Below, in pieces: positions 39,426 through 48,721 of a stretch of DNA of 64,000 nt; position 1 is the stretch's first letter; every line of letters starts with the position of its first letter. The DNA lies in the IMG/VR virus record IMGVR_UViG_3300033182_000674, positions 62,001 to 126,000 of that record. One strand, 5' to 3'. A program made the position numbers and the translations under genes. Below the pieces are notes generated by a model, which worked only from the letters and a program-made list of their open reading frames with translations, had not been told where the DNA came from and did no database searches.

Positions 39426-39766
39426 ATTACGTCCTTCATGGTAATGCCTTCATTATTTACAATAGCTGATTCAATAATAGCTAGTAAAGTATCTGCAGCT
39501 TGTTGTTGTAGCCCAACTGTATCTTCTGTTACAGTTTCATCTGGACTACTTATAAGACTAAAATCAAATGTCATGTAAGATTGTTGTTCATCTAACTCAC
39601 CATTTTCATCTTCACCTTTAATAGTAATCTTGCCATATTCAATTACAGTTTCAGGATAATCACCAGTTAGAAAACGAACACGCCAAAGATCACCGTCAGC
39701 TGGAACAAGTTGATAATCTTTATTCTCATAAAGACCAGTTTGCGGTTTATATTTTTCTTTACTCAT
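39422..39766 (-). CDS. Hypothetical protein at the gp40 position between uvsX and 41
   Basis: Synteny with T4 uvsX-40-41; start reassigned to 39766. Confidence 0.5.
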   Translation of the reverse strand: MSKEKYKPQTGLYENKDYQLVPADGDLWRVRFLTGDYPETVIEYGKITIKGEDENGELDEQQSYMTFDFSLISSPDETVTEDTVGLQQQAADTLLAIIESAIVNNEGITMKDVI

Positions 39767-40814
39767 CTGCATTCTCCGCAATCTCTTCCATATCAACTAA
39801 TGAATTGTAGCCAATAGAGTATTGCTTCTTAAGAAACTCTTTAAAGTCTGTACCTTCAAAGATTGGAGTCCAGAATTCTTCTTCTAACGTTTGGGCTTCT
39901 CGTACTTTAGGCTCCACAAGTTCACCAGTTTCTTTATCCACCCGACAATACCAACCATTGCTAGGCTTAACGACGTAACCACCAGCAAGGCCAGCATCGA
40001 GAAGACCACTATAACGCTGAACACCACCTTCCCAAGAAACAGTAATAGGAATTTTAGATTTTTCTTTAACATATCTTGACTTCTCTACATTAATTACAAA
40101 ATGATAACCTTGGATTTCTGTACCTTTCTTATCTTGTTGACGGCCAAGGATCCAGATGTTATCAGCTGAATAGTAGATACCAGTACCACCACCAACTACA
40201 TCTTTAGGGAACAAACCAATCTCTTTATAGGTGTGGTTAATAGCCAACAATGGAATATCTTTCATTGTTAGATAAGGTGTTGTCATACGGAACAAACCTT
40301 TAAGTGCTTTAGCGCGAGACATATCAGCAACTGATTTTTCATTCAATGCATCTTCCATTTCTTTCTTTGATGCAAGGTTACCAATAGAATCAATAACAAC
40401 AATTACTTTATCACCACGTTCGATTTGCTCAAGCTGGCCAATCATATCAAACTTAAGTTCTTCTACGTTAGTAATAGGAGTATGAAGAACACGTGAAGTG
40501 TCAATACCATATTGTTCAAAGTAAGATTGTGGTGAACCAAATTCTGAATCATAGAATAGCATAACAGCATCATCATATTTTTTCATATAAGCTGCAGCCA
40601 TCAACAAAGCAAAAGAAGTTTTAAAGTGTTTAGATGGACCAGCAAGAACTGTTAGTCCAGGAGTAACACCGCCATCAACAGAACCAGATAACGCAACGTT
40701 AATCATAGGAACGTTCGTTGGTACCATATCTTTTTCTTTAAAAAATTTAGATTCAGAAAGAACTTCAGTATGCTTAAGCTTAGAGTTCTTTTTAAGTTTG
40801 TCCATTATACTCAT
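39759..40814 (-). CDS. uvsX: RecA-like recombinase UvsX
   Basis: AGPSKHFKT, YDSEFG, DSIGNLASKKE, DMSRAK. Confidence 0.96.
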   Translation of the reverse strand: MSIMDKLKKNSKLKHTEVLSESKFFKEKDMVPTNVPMINVALSGSVDGGVTPGLTVLAGPSKHFKTSFALLMAAAYMKKYDDAVMLFYDSEFGSPQSYFEQYGIDTSRVLHTPITNVEELKFDMIGQLEQIERGDKVIVVIDSIGNLASKKEMEDALNEKSVADMSRAKALKGLFRMTTPYLTMKDIPLLAINHTYKEIGLFPKDVVGGGTGIYYSADNIWILGRQQDKKGTEIQGYHFVINVEKSRYVKEKSKIPITVSWEGGVQRYSGLLDAGLAGGYVVKPSNGWYCRVDKETGELVEPKVREAQTLEEEFWTPIFEGTDFKEFLKKQYSIGYNSLVDMEEIAENADE

Positions 40815-40817
40815 AAA

Positions 40818-41141
40818 TTAAACCTCGTCAAATTTGACTATCCACTCTTTTTTATGTTCCCAACCAATTTCACTAAAATATTCAGAAATTATACCTGGAA
40901 GAGTGTTTTCCAAGCGTTCACGTGGAACAAGCATTTTATACTCAAATAACTCTTTTGAAGAAATTGGAGTTGTATTTCTGAGTTTTACTTTTTCAAGTGT
41001 TTTACGATTTTCGAGAACAACATTTTTTGCATTAATAGCATATAAGCCTCTGTCAAGAGTTTTATACATTGCTTTGGCCATATAATCTGGCATATATGTA
41101 AAAGCAGAAGTGATGCTAGAAACTTCTAAAATTGTTTTCAT
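40818..41141 (-). CDS. Hypothetical protein
   Basis: GGAG RBS; promoter TGTACT-17-TATAAT at 41170-41198. Confidence 0.55.
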   Translation of the reverse strand: MKTILEVSSITSAFTYMPDYMAKAMYKTLDRGLYAINAKNVVLENRKTLEKVKLRNTTPISSKELFEYKMLVPRERLENTLPGIISEYFSEIGWEHKKEWIVKFDEV

Positions 41142-41206
41142 ATTTTATCTCCGTTATATCAGTAGATATATTATAACAAAATTTCTCGTCAAAGTACATA
41201 ATAATT

Positions 41207-42400
41207 TTACATAAAACCGTCAAGAGTTGATGGCTCGTATTCAGACCAGAATGTCTGAGCTTTATTATCTTGAACAGCATATGGTGCTTCAATAGTATCA
41301 ATATTGCCACCTAAGAAGTTTTTAATATTAGTTGCCATATCCATTGCAGTACTTACTGGAACATTTTGTGCAATCATATTAAGATTTCTGCGTCCACCGT
41401 GCAAGATAAAATCTTTTGGCATCTTCATAATATCAAGAGCTTCTCTTGTATTGATATAACGATTTTCATCAGGGTGCGTAAGAGTAGTTACAAAATGACC
41501 AACAAAAGCACCAATATGTCCTTTACCAATCTCTGTCATCTTACGCATTAAGTTACCACCATTATCTAACTTATCTTGCATACGCTTACATTTTTGAGCA
41601 ATACTATCATGACCATTTGCTCTCATCCATTTAGCAACTTCAGTATATTTTATTTTATTTGCTTCAATATAAACCAATGGATTAGTCGACTTCTCAATCA
41701 TATTAAAGAAATCCATATGAGTAATTCCACCGTGCATTTCTTCTAAAATATATTGATAGTATGGATTATCAGTTGGCTTTTGTAAATTAGTTGGACTATT
41801 CCACATTAAGTCATTTACAATATCATCATGTTTAGATGATCTAATCTGTTCTTCAATACGAGTAAAAGGCCGTTTATAATATTCAAATACTGGAATCTTA
41901 TTACCTTTCCAAAAGAAGTAAAAGGTTCTATCACGTACTTGTGATAAGCCATGAAGAAGAGATTTAGTTTTGTATATACTAAGTGTATATCCATTTTCTC
42001 TTGCAAGCTTTCTCATTTGATGAACGATTGGTGCACCCATTTTACTTGCAAGACGTGGAGCATTTTCTCCCCAAAAAACAGCAGGTTTAATTTCTTCAAG
42101 AACATATTTAGCTGATGTAATCATCCAATCATTAGTTGTACTATCACTACGACTACTTGGGCTTAAAGAAGATAAACCTGCACAAGGACAAACTGCATTC
42201 ACTACGTCCACAGATTTATTTTGTAAATCACCTTGATCTAATAAATGATAAGGTACTTCATTATTATAATATTCTAAAAGTTGTTTATCATTATTTTCAA
42301 AAGGTGTATAAGAGAGAATATAATCAGGTTTATTACCAAATACATTCTGCATTGCAATCGTTTCACCACCAATAAGTGGTACTATACTAGCGTACTTCAT
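41207..42400 (-). CDS. DNA cytosine-C5 methyltransferase-like protein
   Basis: Motif IV CPCAGLS, VI ENA, VIII Q.R.R, IX/X R....RE....M..P.DF...QNVP; degenerate motif I (PLIGG). Confidence 0.75.
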   Translation of the reverse strand: MKYASIVPLIGGETIAMQNVFGNKPDYILSYTPFENNDKQLLEYYNNEVPYHLLDQGDLQNKSVDVVNAVCPCAGLSSLSPSSRSDSTTNDWMITSAKYVLEEIKPAVFWGENAPRLASKMGAPIVHQMRKLARENGYTLSIYKTKSLLHGLSQVRDRTFYFFWKGNKIPVFEYYKRPFTRIEEQIRSSKHDDIVNDLMWNSPTNLQKPTDNPYYQYILEEMHGGITHMDFFNMIEKSTNPLVYIEANKIKYTEVAKWMRANGHDSIAQKCKRMQDKLDNGGNLMRKMTEIGKGHIGAFVGHFVTTLTHPDENRYINTREALDIMKMPKDFILHGGRRNLNMIAQNVPVSTAMDMATNIKNFLGGNIDTIEAPYAVQDNKAQTFWSEYEPSTLDGFM

Positions 42401-43400
42401 TTAAAAATTTCCTCGCAGTTGCTAGTGCAGAATTAATTGCTTGGTGCATATCAACATAAACGTACATACCACAACGACCAATAAACTGCATCTTAGTTTC
42501 ATCTACCATATCTTTATACAGTTTATATATCTTTCTATTCTTGCCTTCTACATCTTTTACTGGATAATAACGCTCAAGATTATTATCACGATAGTCACAC
42601 GGTTCTTCATAAGTAAGAACAGTCATCTTATTATTATCGCCATGACCTGGAATATTTTTCCATTCGGTTACTCGAGTATATGGACCATCATGAGTAAAGT
42701 TAACAGTACCAGTTGGTAGCACTTTAGACATTGGTAATTCCACATTATGGAACTTAATAGAGCGATACGGTAATTCGCCATGACAAAAATGGAAGTAATC
42801 ATCAATTGGCATTGAATTAAAGATATAATCGTAATCATCTTCCATTTCATATGTAAATTCTGTATCTAAATTTACTGTAATGTTTTCATGTAAGAAAATA
42901 CTTTCAAAGACTTCAGTATAACCATTCTTTGGCATCATCTGATATTCATCATTAGGAAAATATAATTCGTTATCATCATCGCGAGTAGGAATACGATTAA
43001 TAATTGATGGATCTAGTTCATCAAGTGTTTTACCCCACATTTTTAGAGTATAAGGTCTAAAGAAAATATCTAAAACGTTTTCTTCACCAACAATCTCTTT
43101 AGTTTCTTTATTTACTGGAAGAGTTACATAACGGCCATCACTTAACTGTGCTTTTACTTTATGTTTATAATCAATCCATTCAGTAAACTTAGATAGCCAA
43201 TCAACAACATCTTTATTATTAGTATGAAACAAATGTGGACCATACTGGTGGATTCTGATGCCATTCGCATCAACATAATCATAGGCATTACCACCAATAT
43301 GGTCGCGTTTATCGATGACAGTTACTTCATGATCTGCTTCTGCTAATTCACGAGCAATAACTGCACCAGAAAATCCAGCACCAACTACTAAGACTTTCAT
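42387..43400 (-). CDS. glf: UDP-galactopyranose mutase
   Basis: VVGAGFSG, HIGGNAYD, H.YGPHLFHT, LPYRS, RYYP, GRCG.Y.Y.DMHQAI. Confidence 0.92.
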   Translation of the reverse strand: MKVLVVGAGFSGAVIARELAEADHEVTVIDKRDHIGGNAYDYVDANGIRIHQYGPHLFHTNNKDVVDWLSKFTEWIDYKHKVKAQLSDGRYVTLPVNKETKEIVGEENVLDIFFRPYTLKMWGKTLDELDPSIINRIPTRDDDNELYFPNDEYQMMPKNGYTEVFESIFLHENITVNLDTEFTYEMEDDYDYIFNSMPIDDYFHFCHGELPYRSIKFHNVELPMSKVLPTGTVNFTHDGPYTRVTEWKNIPGHGDNNKMTVLTYEEPCDYRDNNLERYYPVKDVEGKNRKIYKLYKDMVDETKMQFIGRCGMYVYVDMHQAINSALATARKFLNEVR

Positions 43401-44509
43401 AGAATAACTCCAAGTTCTTTTTGCTGTAGTTCTTTATCTAATGGATGATTCTTATATAGCATATGTTTTTGTGCTGCTGCTGTTTCCATCAATTCGTCAA
43501 GAGACATTTGCTCTACATCATGAGCAGTTAAGCTTGCAAGTTTTTCATCTCCATATAATAAAAACATTTCATCATATGCACCAATAAGAATAGAACCTGC
43601 GTCGGCAACTTGTAATGGACGAGCTCTCCACCAGCCTGATCCTGCATGATCATAACCTGGCATTAAACAACCCCATTGTTCTGCATAAACTTTACACATA
43701 TCACCTTCACCAAGCCGACGTTGTTTTTCTTTACGAGAACCAAAGAATTCAATCTCCCAATTAGTCACATTTTGTTTCTTTAACCACTTAGCAGTCTTAC
43801 CTTGTACTAATGAAGCAAAGTTAAAGATCTTAGCTTTATTAGAAGGAGATACAGTATCTTCAGCTTCAGTTAACGTCATTTGTTGTTCCATAAAATCCAT
43901 TTCATCTACAGGAATATCACCACGATCACCGGGTTTACGGTTACGATGATATGGATTAGGATTATAACCAACCAACAATTCTTTAGGATAGTCAATCAAC
44001 TTACTTAGATCACCACCCATAAAGACAGACATTAATACACGAGCTTTCTTTTCGCCAATATATTTTACTGCATCTAAAAGAATATCAGTATGTGGTTCCA
44101 ATACTTCACGTGAAAGAGTTGGATCACAACCTTGACTTTGTTGAATAGTAAACTCTTTTAATAGAGATTCTTTATCAGTGCATGATTGAATACCTTTAAA
44201 AATATCAGCTGTTTGCCAATCATCAAATGCTAGTACAAGATTTTCTTTTGGTGTAGCGTGAATAGCCCATAGACCATTATAAAAAGCAAGTTGTAATGCT
44301 TGACGTGGTGAAGCAAGAAAACAAATAACACGATGATATTCAGATAAATCTTCACCAATATTAACAAGACGTTGTTCTACTTCATAACCCATATCTTCTA
44401 AACAACGTATTAAAGAATAATGTGAAGGAACTACTTTCAATTGCTGGCGTAAATAAAAATCTTTTGTTGTTTGATTCTTATTCATACCAGTGATTAGAAT
44501 TTTTTTCAT
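43397..44509 (-). CDS. Putative GT-B DNA glycosyltransferase (T4 beta-glucosyltransferase-like)
   Basis: KVVPS...L..MGYEV...D...Y.R.I N-terminus and R..Q...AG.IL. C-terminal motif resemble T4 BGT as I recall it; start reassigned to 44509 (TAATG overlap). Confidence 0.6.
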   Translation of the reverse strand: MKKILITGMNKNQTTKDFYLRQQLKVVPSHYSLIRCLEDMGYEVEQRLVNIGEDLSEYHRVICFLASPRQALQLAFYNGLWAIHATPKENLVLAFDDWQTADIFKGIQSCTDKESLLKEFTIQQSQGCDPTLSREVLEPHTDILLDAVKYIGEKKARVLMSVFMGGDLSKLIDYPKELLVGYNPNPYHRNRKPGDRGDIPVDEMDFMEQQMTLTEAEDTVSPSNKAKIFNFASLVQGKTAKWLKKQNVTNWEIEFFGSRKEKQRRLGEGDMCKVYAEQWGCLMPGYDHAGSGWWRARPLQVADAGSILIGAYDEMFLLYGDEKLASLTAHDVEQMSLDELMETAAAQKHMLYKNHPLDKELQQKELGVIL

Positions 44510-45366
44510 TATTTTAACTCCATTTGATATGCTGATTCGCACATATCTTTTAGATCACGTTTAGTTTCCAAATACTTAGATTTGTTATCAACACACAACT
44601 CAGCTGGATCGCCTTCGCGGCGTGGTCCATATTCAATTTTAAAGTTGTTTGTACATTGTACCATTATATCACAAACCTCTGCATTTGTAAACCCTTTACC
44701 AGAACCAAGACATTCATAGTCTTTATTCTCAGGAGTATTTAGTGCAGCATTACAGATAGCATCTGCGAGATCTACCACATGAATATAATCACGAATACAT
44801 GTTCCATCACGCGTAGGATAATCATCTCCAAAGATAACCATCTTCTCTCTTTTACCAGCAGCAACCTCAGCTGCTACTCTAATAATATGAGTCGATTCAC
44901 CAATCTGTCTAAACTCACCACCAGATCCAGCAACATTAAAGAATCTAAAGATAGTATAATTCTTTGCCATCTGTTTAATAACATCTTCAGCCGCTACTTT
45001 AGATTTAGCATATGGAGAAATAGGATCAAATGCGCCAGCAGTAGAAGCAAAGATAAAGTGATCACAATCTACATTCTTTAAAACTTTCATTGTCTTATGA
45101 AGATTAGTATCATAATATTTTGCAGGATTAGTCATCGATTCTGCAACAGAAATATAACCTGCACAATGTACTACTACATCATATCGTCCAACCCACAAAG
45201 CAGCATCATGAATATCATAATGTGTTAGGTACTTTCTAACTGGTTTAGCATTAGGTGAATCTTCAATATCAACACCTGTTACTTTAAATCCAGCATCATA
45301 TAATGCTTTTGCGGTATGAGAACCAATATAACCATTTACACCTGTTACTAATGCAGTCTTACTCAT
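44509..45366 (-). CDS. galE: UDP-glucose 4-epimerase-like SDR
   Basis: TG..GYIGSH, ES...P.KYY..N, YAKSK, R.FNVAG, DGTCIRDYIHV.DLA, RREGDP. Confidence 0.88.
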   Translation of the reverse strand: MSKTALVTGVNGYIGSHTAKALYDAGFKVTGVDIEDSPNAKPVRKYLTHYDIHDAALWVGRYDVVVHCAGYISVAESMTNPAKYYDTNLHKTMKVLKNVDCDHFIFASTAGAFDPISPYAKSKVAAEDVIKQMAKNYTIFRFFNVAGSGGEFRQIGESTHIIRVAAEVAAGKREKMVIFGDDYPTRDGTCIRDYIHVVDLADAICNAALNTPENKDYECLGSGKGFTNAEVCDIMVQCTNNFKIEYGPRREGDPAELCVDNKSKYLETKRDLKDMCESAYQMELK

Positions 45367-45835
45367 TTTCTACTCCCAAGCGTTTAATATTAACTTTTGC
45401 TTCATTGCACATCGAAACAGTAGTATCATAAGACTCTTGCCAAATTGGTGGAATCTCTCCTTCCATATCCCAATAGATGTTTTTGACACCTACTTGGATA
45501 ACACCTTTGGCACATTCAGAGCACATAGGAAGCCCCCAGATGTAAAGATCTGATCCGTCTAAAGATACACCATTATACGTTGCATTATATATGCAGTTCA
45601 TTTCTGCGTGCACGACGTATTTATATTTAGTCTCGCGATCCTCATATCGGTTCTCGTCATCATTGATTCCTCGTGGGAAACCATTATAACCCTGTGCAAG
45701 TACTTGACCTTTTGAGCCGACTGCTACAGCACCGATCTTTTTAGATGGATCCTTAGACCAACCAGAAAATTCTTTCGCTAAATTCATATAGCGGTTTTGC
45801 CATGATTTATTAACAGGCCACATAATTAATCCCAC
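45359..45835 (-). CDS. cd: dCMP deaminase
   Basis: SKDPS, GYNGFPRG, HAE.N, P.C.EC. Confidence 0.92.
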   Translation of the reverse strand: MGLIMWPVNKSWQNRYMNLAKEFSGWSKDPSKKIGAVAVGSKGQVLAQGYNGFPRGINDDENRYEDRETKYKYVVHAEMNCIYNATYNGVSLDGSDLYIWGLPMCSECAKGVIQVGVKNIYWDMEGEIPPIWQESYDTTVSMCNEAKVNIKRLGVENE

Positions 45836-46371
45836 AAACTTCTAAAATATTTTCCAAATAAACGAAATCCATTGTCCATACGTTTAGAATATTCATCATA
45901 CTTTTCTTTATCAAACTTTCCTTTTAAAGAACTTGTATCCATTTCATACCACTCATATTCTTCATTTTCACCCTCATCATTAGGAAATAAAAGTAATTGA
46001 GCTGGTCCAACACCAGTACTCTCCATTTCAAATAAACTTACTGAATCGCTATCATAGTTAAAGAACTGGTCTTCCCATTCGTTATTAAGACTAGCAAAAG
46101 CAAAAATCATTTCATCAATTACATAATCCCAAGCTTTAAAATGATATGGATCTGTTTCACCTACTTCAATAGGCAAATCACAGCGTAAGCGTTCTGGACG
46201 ATCTTCCATATCAACAAATGGCGCACCATGTTTTTCCTTTTTTAATTGTCTCAACATTGGTTCAACTAACAATGCTAGTGTATGATCCATTGACCAAGTA
46301 TCGTAATCATCTATATGAATAGAGACATCACGATAACCTTCTTCTACATATGGTCCAATTTGTACATTCAT
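45826..46371 (-). CDS. Conserved phage hypothetical protein
   Basis: DTWSMD.TLA, W....DEMIFAF, GF.LFGKY...LWD; start reassigned to 46371 (ATGA overlap). Confidence 0.65.
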   Translation of the reverse strand: MNVQIGPYVEEGYRDVSIHIDDYDTWSMDHTLALLVEPMLRQLKKEKHGAPFVDMEDRPERLRCDLPIEVGETDPYHFKAWDYVIDEMIFAFASLNNEWEDQFFNYDSDSVSLFEMESTGVGPAQLLLFPNDEGENEEYEWYEMDTSSLKGKFDKEKYDEYSKRMDNGFRLFGKYFRSLWD

Positions 46372-46823
46372 TTCATTAAATCTCCAAAGAAAGAGAAAGC
46401 AACATCTTTTGCAACTTGATCTGTTACTTCCCACATCGGTATCATAAGATTAATTTCCTCTGATGTTGGTGGTACAAACATTTTATTTGTATCATCAAAC
46501 CGACCTTCATTAATAGTATTCATCCAAATTACATAATCAGGTTTAAGCAACTTACGCGTTTCAGGTGTAGGAGAAATCATATCAACAATAGAATAAGGAT
46601 ATACAGAATTATCTACAAGTTTACGCATACGAGTTGCAGCTCGAATACGACCTTCTTCTGAAAAATCCCAATCTTGATATGCTTCACGAATTTTATCTGC
46701 ATTAAACCAATTAGGAATTACGCCATGATTTTCAAATTCAGTTTTTAGTTTTTCAGCAAATGTAGTCTTACCTGAACCAGGTAGACCCATCACTAATATC
46801 ATTTTATTCGACATCCCAATCAT
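46368..46823 (-). CDS. Adenylylsulfate-kinase-like P-loop kinase
   Basis: GLPGSGKTT, NAD.IR, DFS.EGR.R. Confidence 0.75.
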   Translation of the reverse strand: MIGMSNKMILVMGLPGSGKTTFAEKLKTEFENHGVIPNWFNADKIREAYQDWDFSEEGRIRAATRMRKLVDNSVYPYSIVDMISPTPETRKLLKPDYVIWMNTINEGRFDDTNKMFVPPTSEEINLMIPMWEVTDQVAKDVAFSFFGDLMK

Positions 46824-47511
46824 TCCTAATTAAATCAAAATGGCGTTCATATACATGTAAATTTTGAACTTGCCAGTAAATTGTACTTGGTGTAATAACA
46901 TCATCAATAGTTTCTGTTTGACGATTAATGTCATCACATAGTTTACGAAGAACATATTTTTGCCAAGCAAAATCATTCTTATATCCAAAGACGACATCAT
47001 TTGATCGCATTTGAACTACTGCATACATTTTTTTATTACGAATATAATAAGTTACACCATTAGTACAAATAAAATCAGACTTACCATCTTCATTAAATTC
47101 TGTCCAGATAGTTGGACGTTGATAAACCATTTCAGCACGACGGCCGTCTGGATTATTGAGTAACTCATTTAATACTTTCTCGTATTGATTACCATATTGT
47201 TCAGAGAAAATTAGTAATCCATAATTTGAATTAATAAGGCCGTCGCTGTTAGCAGCATACTTCCAAGCAGCAGGAGGATCGCGATCTTCGCCGAAAATGT
47301 CATTGATATTGTTCGATTGTTTTTCATACCATTCAATCTCCTTCATGATATATTCATTATTAGGTTTACCAAAGATTGCTGGTTCATCAGCAATAAAAGA
47401 AGCGCCAATCCATTCAATAGTCTTAGCACCAGTTTTATCTGTGGTAAAGTTCTTTGCTCTTAGTTCGCCTTCAAAGAAAGCACGGACATTTTTAACTGTT
47501 GGGATATTCAT
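46804..47511 (-). CDS. 42: dCMP hydroxymethylase (T4 gp42 homolog)
   Basis: DKTG.KTIE.IGASF.ADEP.IFG, INSNYG, SDF.CTN, MRSNDVVFG..ND.AWQKYVL, LHVY.RHF, all closely matching T4 gp42; Asp retained at the cytosine-specificity position. Confidence 0.92.
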   Translation of the reverse strand: MNIPTVKNVRAFFEGELRAKNFTTDKTGAKTIEWIGASFIADEPAIFGKPNNEYIMKEIEWYEKQSNNINDIFGEDRDPPAAWKYAANSDGLINSNYGLLIFSEQYGNQYEKVLNELLNNPDGRRAEMVYQRPTIWTEFNEDGKSDFICTNGVTYYIRNKKMYAVVQMRSNDVVFGYKNDFAWQKYVLRKLCDDINRQTETIDDVITPSTIYWQVQNLHVYERHFDLIRNDWDVE

Positions 47512-47930
47512 TATTTAGCCTTTTCAATATTATAAACTGATTTACGTAAACCACTACTTGAGAATCTATGATCTCGTTTATTAAAGTAAAGTTCAATATC
47601 ACGTCGACGACATTCATCTTTACCAGTAAAGTCTTTATCACGATACTCATCACCGAGAATACGAATATTAATCGGATACATGTTTATTATATCAAGTAAA
47701 TCGGCTTCTGTACAATACGGAATGATTTCATCTACATATTTTACTGCAGCCAATTGTGTATGTCTTTCTACAATGGTTTGTACCGGTGAATTCTTTTCAG
47801 GACGATCAACTGATGGATCTACTTGTAATCCACAAATTAAATAATCACATCGTGCTTTTGCATCACGCAACATTGTGATATGACCAGCATGTAATAAATC
47901 AAATGTACTACAAGTAAATCCTACAATCAT
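47511..47930 (-). CDS. TagD/RfaE-like cytidylyltransferase
   Basis: FDLLHAGH, ER...L....YVDE, R.H..SSS. Confidence 0.85.
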   Translation of the reverse strand: MIVGFTCSTFDLLHAGHITMLRDAKARCDYLICGLQVDPSVDRPEKNSPVQTIVERHTQLAAVKYVDEIIPYCTEADLLDIINMYPINIRILGDEYRDKDFTGKDECRRRDIELYFNKRDHRFSSSGLRKSVYNIEKAK

Positions 47931-48040
47931 TGCTTCTTTTCCTTCGCTTTGTTATTCATCAATTTACAAGATCCCCATTTACATGATGGGTTTATTTTCT
48001 TTTTACATACTACACAAGTATCAGTCTGAGATGAATTCAT
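47927..48040 (-). CDS. Small Cys/Lys-rich peptide (37 aa), not in the ORF track
   Basis: MNSSQTDTCVVCKKKINPSCKWGSCKLMNNKAKEKKQ; stop overlaps the next ATG (ATGA). Confidence 0.4.
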   Translation of the reverse strand: MNSSQTDTCVVCKKKINPSCKWGSCKLMNNKAKEKKQ

Positions 48041-48377
48041 TGTATTCTTCTTCTGTCATAAATGATTCAATTAAACTAGTATCTTCAACTTCTAATTTAA
48101 ACATCCATACAGATGCATCATCATTTAAAGTTTCTGGTGTATCTAGAATATCTTCATTAACTTCGACTACTGTTCCAGCCATTGGACAATAAACATCTGA
48201 TGCTGCTTTTACAGATTCAACTACTGCACAATCTTCATCTGCTTCATAGTACTTACCAACTTCTGGTAACTCAATGAAAACTAAATCACCAAGTAATTCT
48301 GCAGCATGCGCAGTAATACCAACAAAGACGTAATCTCCGTCTTGTTCTACCCATTCGTGTTCTTTTGTATAACGCAT
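48021..48377 (-). CDS. gcvH: Glycine cleavage system H protein
   Basis: YT.EHEWV, VGIT..A...LGD.VF.ELP, lipoyl-Lys motif VESVKAASD. Confidence 0.93.
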   Translation of the reverse strand: MRYTKEHEWVEQDGDYVFVGITAHAAELLGDLVFIELPEVGKYYEADEDCAVVESVKAASDVYCPMAGTVVEVNEDILDTPETLNDDASVWMFKLEVEDTSLIESFMTEEEYNEFISD

Positions 48378-48721
48378 TATTCTTTTCTTCCTCCGTCAAA
48401 GACGCAAACAAAGTATAAGCCATTCTCATTAGCATATACTCTATGAAAAGCACCATCTGGTATTTGAATAATATCACCTGCTCTTACATTGAACACTTCA
48501 TCATCAATTTCCATTTCACCATCGCCATACATGAAAAAATAAACTTCTTCTTGTCCTTCATGGCTATGACCATTGGTTGCTTTATTTGGTTGTAATCTTG
48601 TTGAACTAAGTACTAGGTTATTTAGTAATGTATTATCAGTGACCACATAACGATCATCTGATTTTACTACATTACCATTTACTACCCACCCAGCATGAAC
48701 ATAATCTTCAATATCAATCAT
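48377..48721 (-). CDS. Cupin-domain protein
   Basis: GHSH..QEEVY.F..G.G and GD...IP.G.FHRV. Confidence 0.85.
   Translation of the reverse strand: MIDIEDYVHAGWVVNGNVVKSDDRYVVTDNTLLNNLVLSSTRLQPNKATNGHSHEGQEEVYFFMYGDGEMEIDDEVFNVRAGDIIQIPDGAFHRVYANENGLYFVCVFDGGRKE

Noticed and set aside
46804-47511. Canonical ThyA or dUMP hydroxymethylase
   Set aside because: Sequence follows T4 gp42 closely with Asp at the specificity position, and ThyX already supplies dTMP
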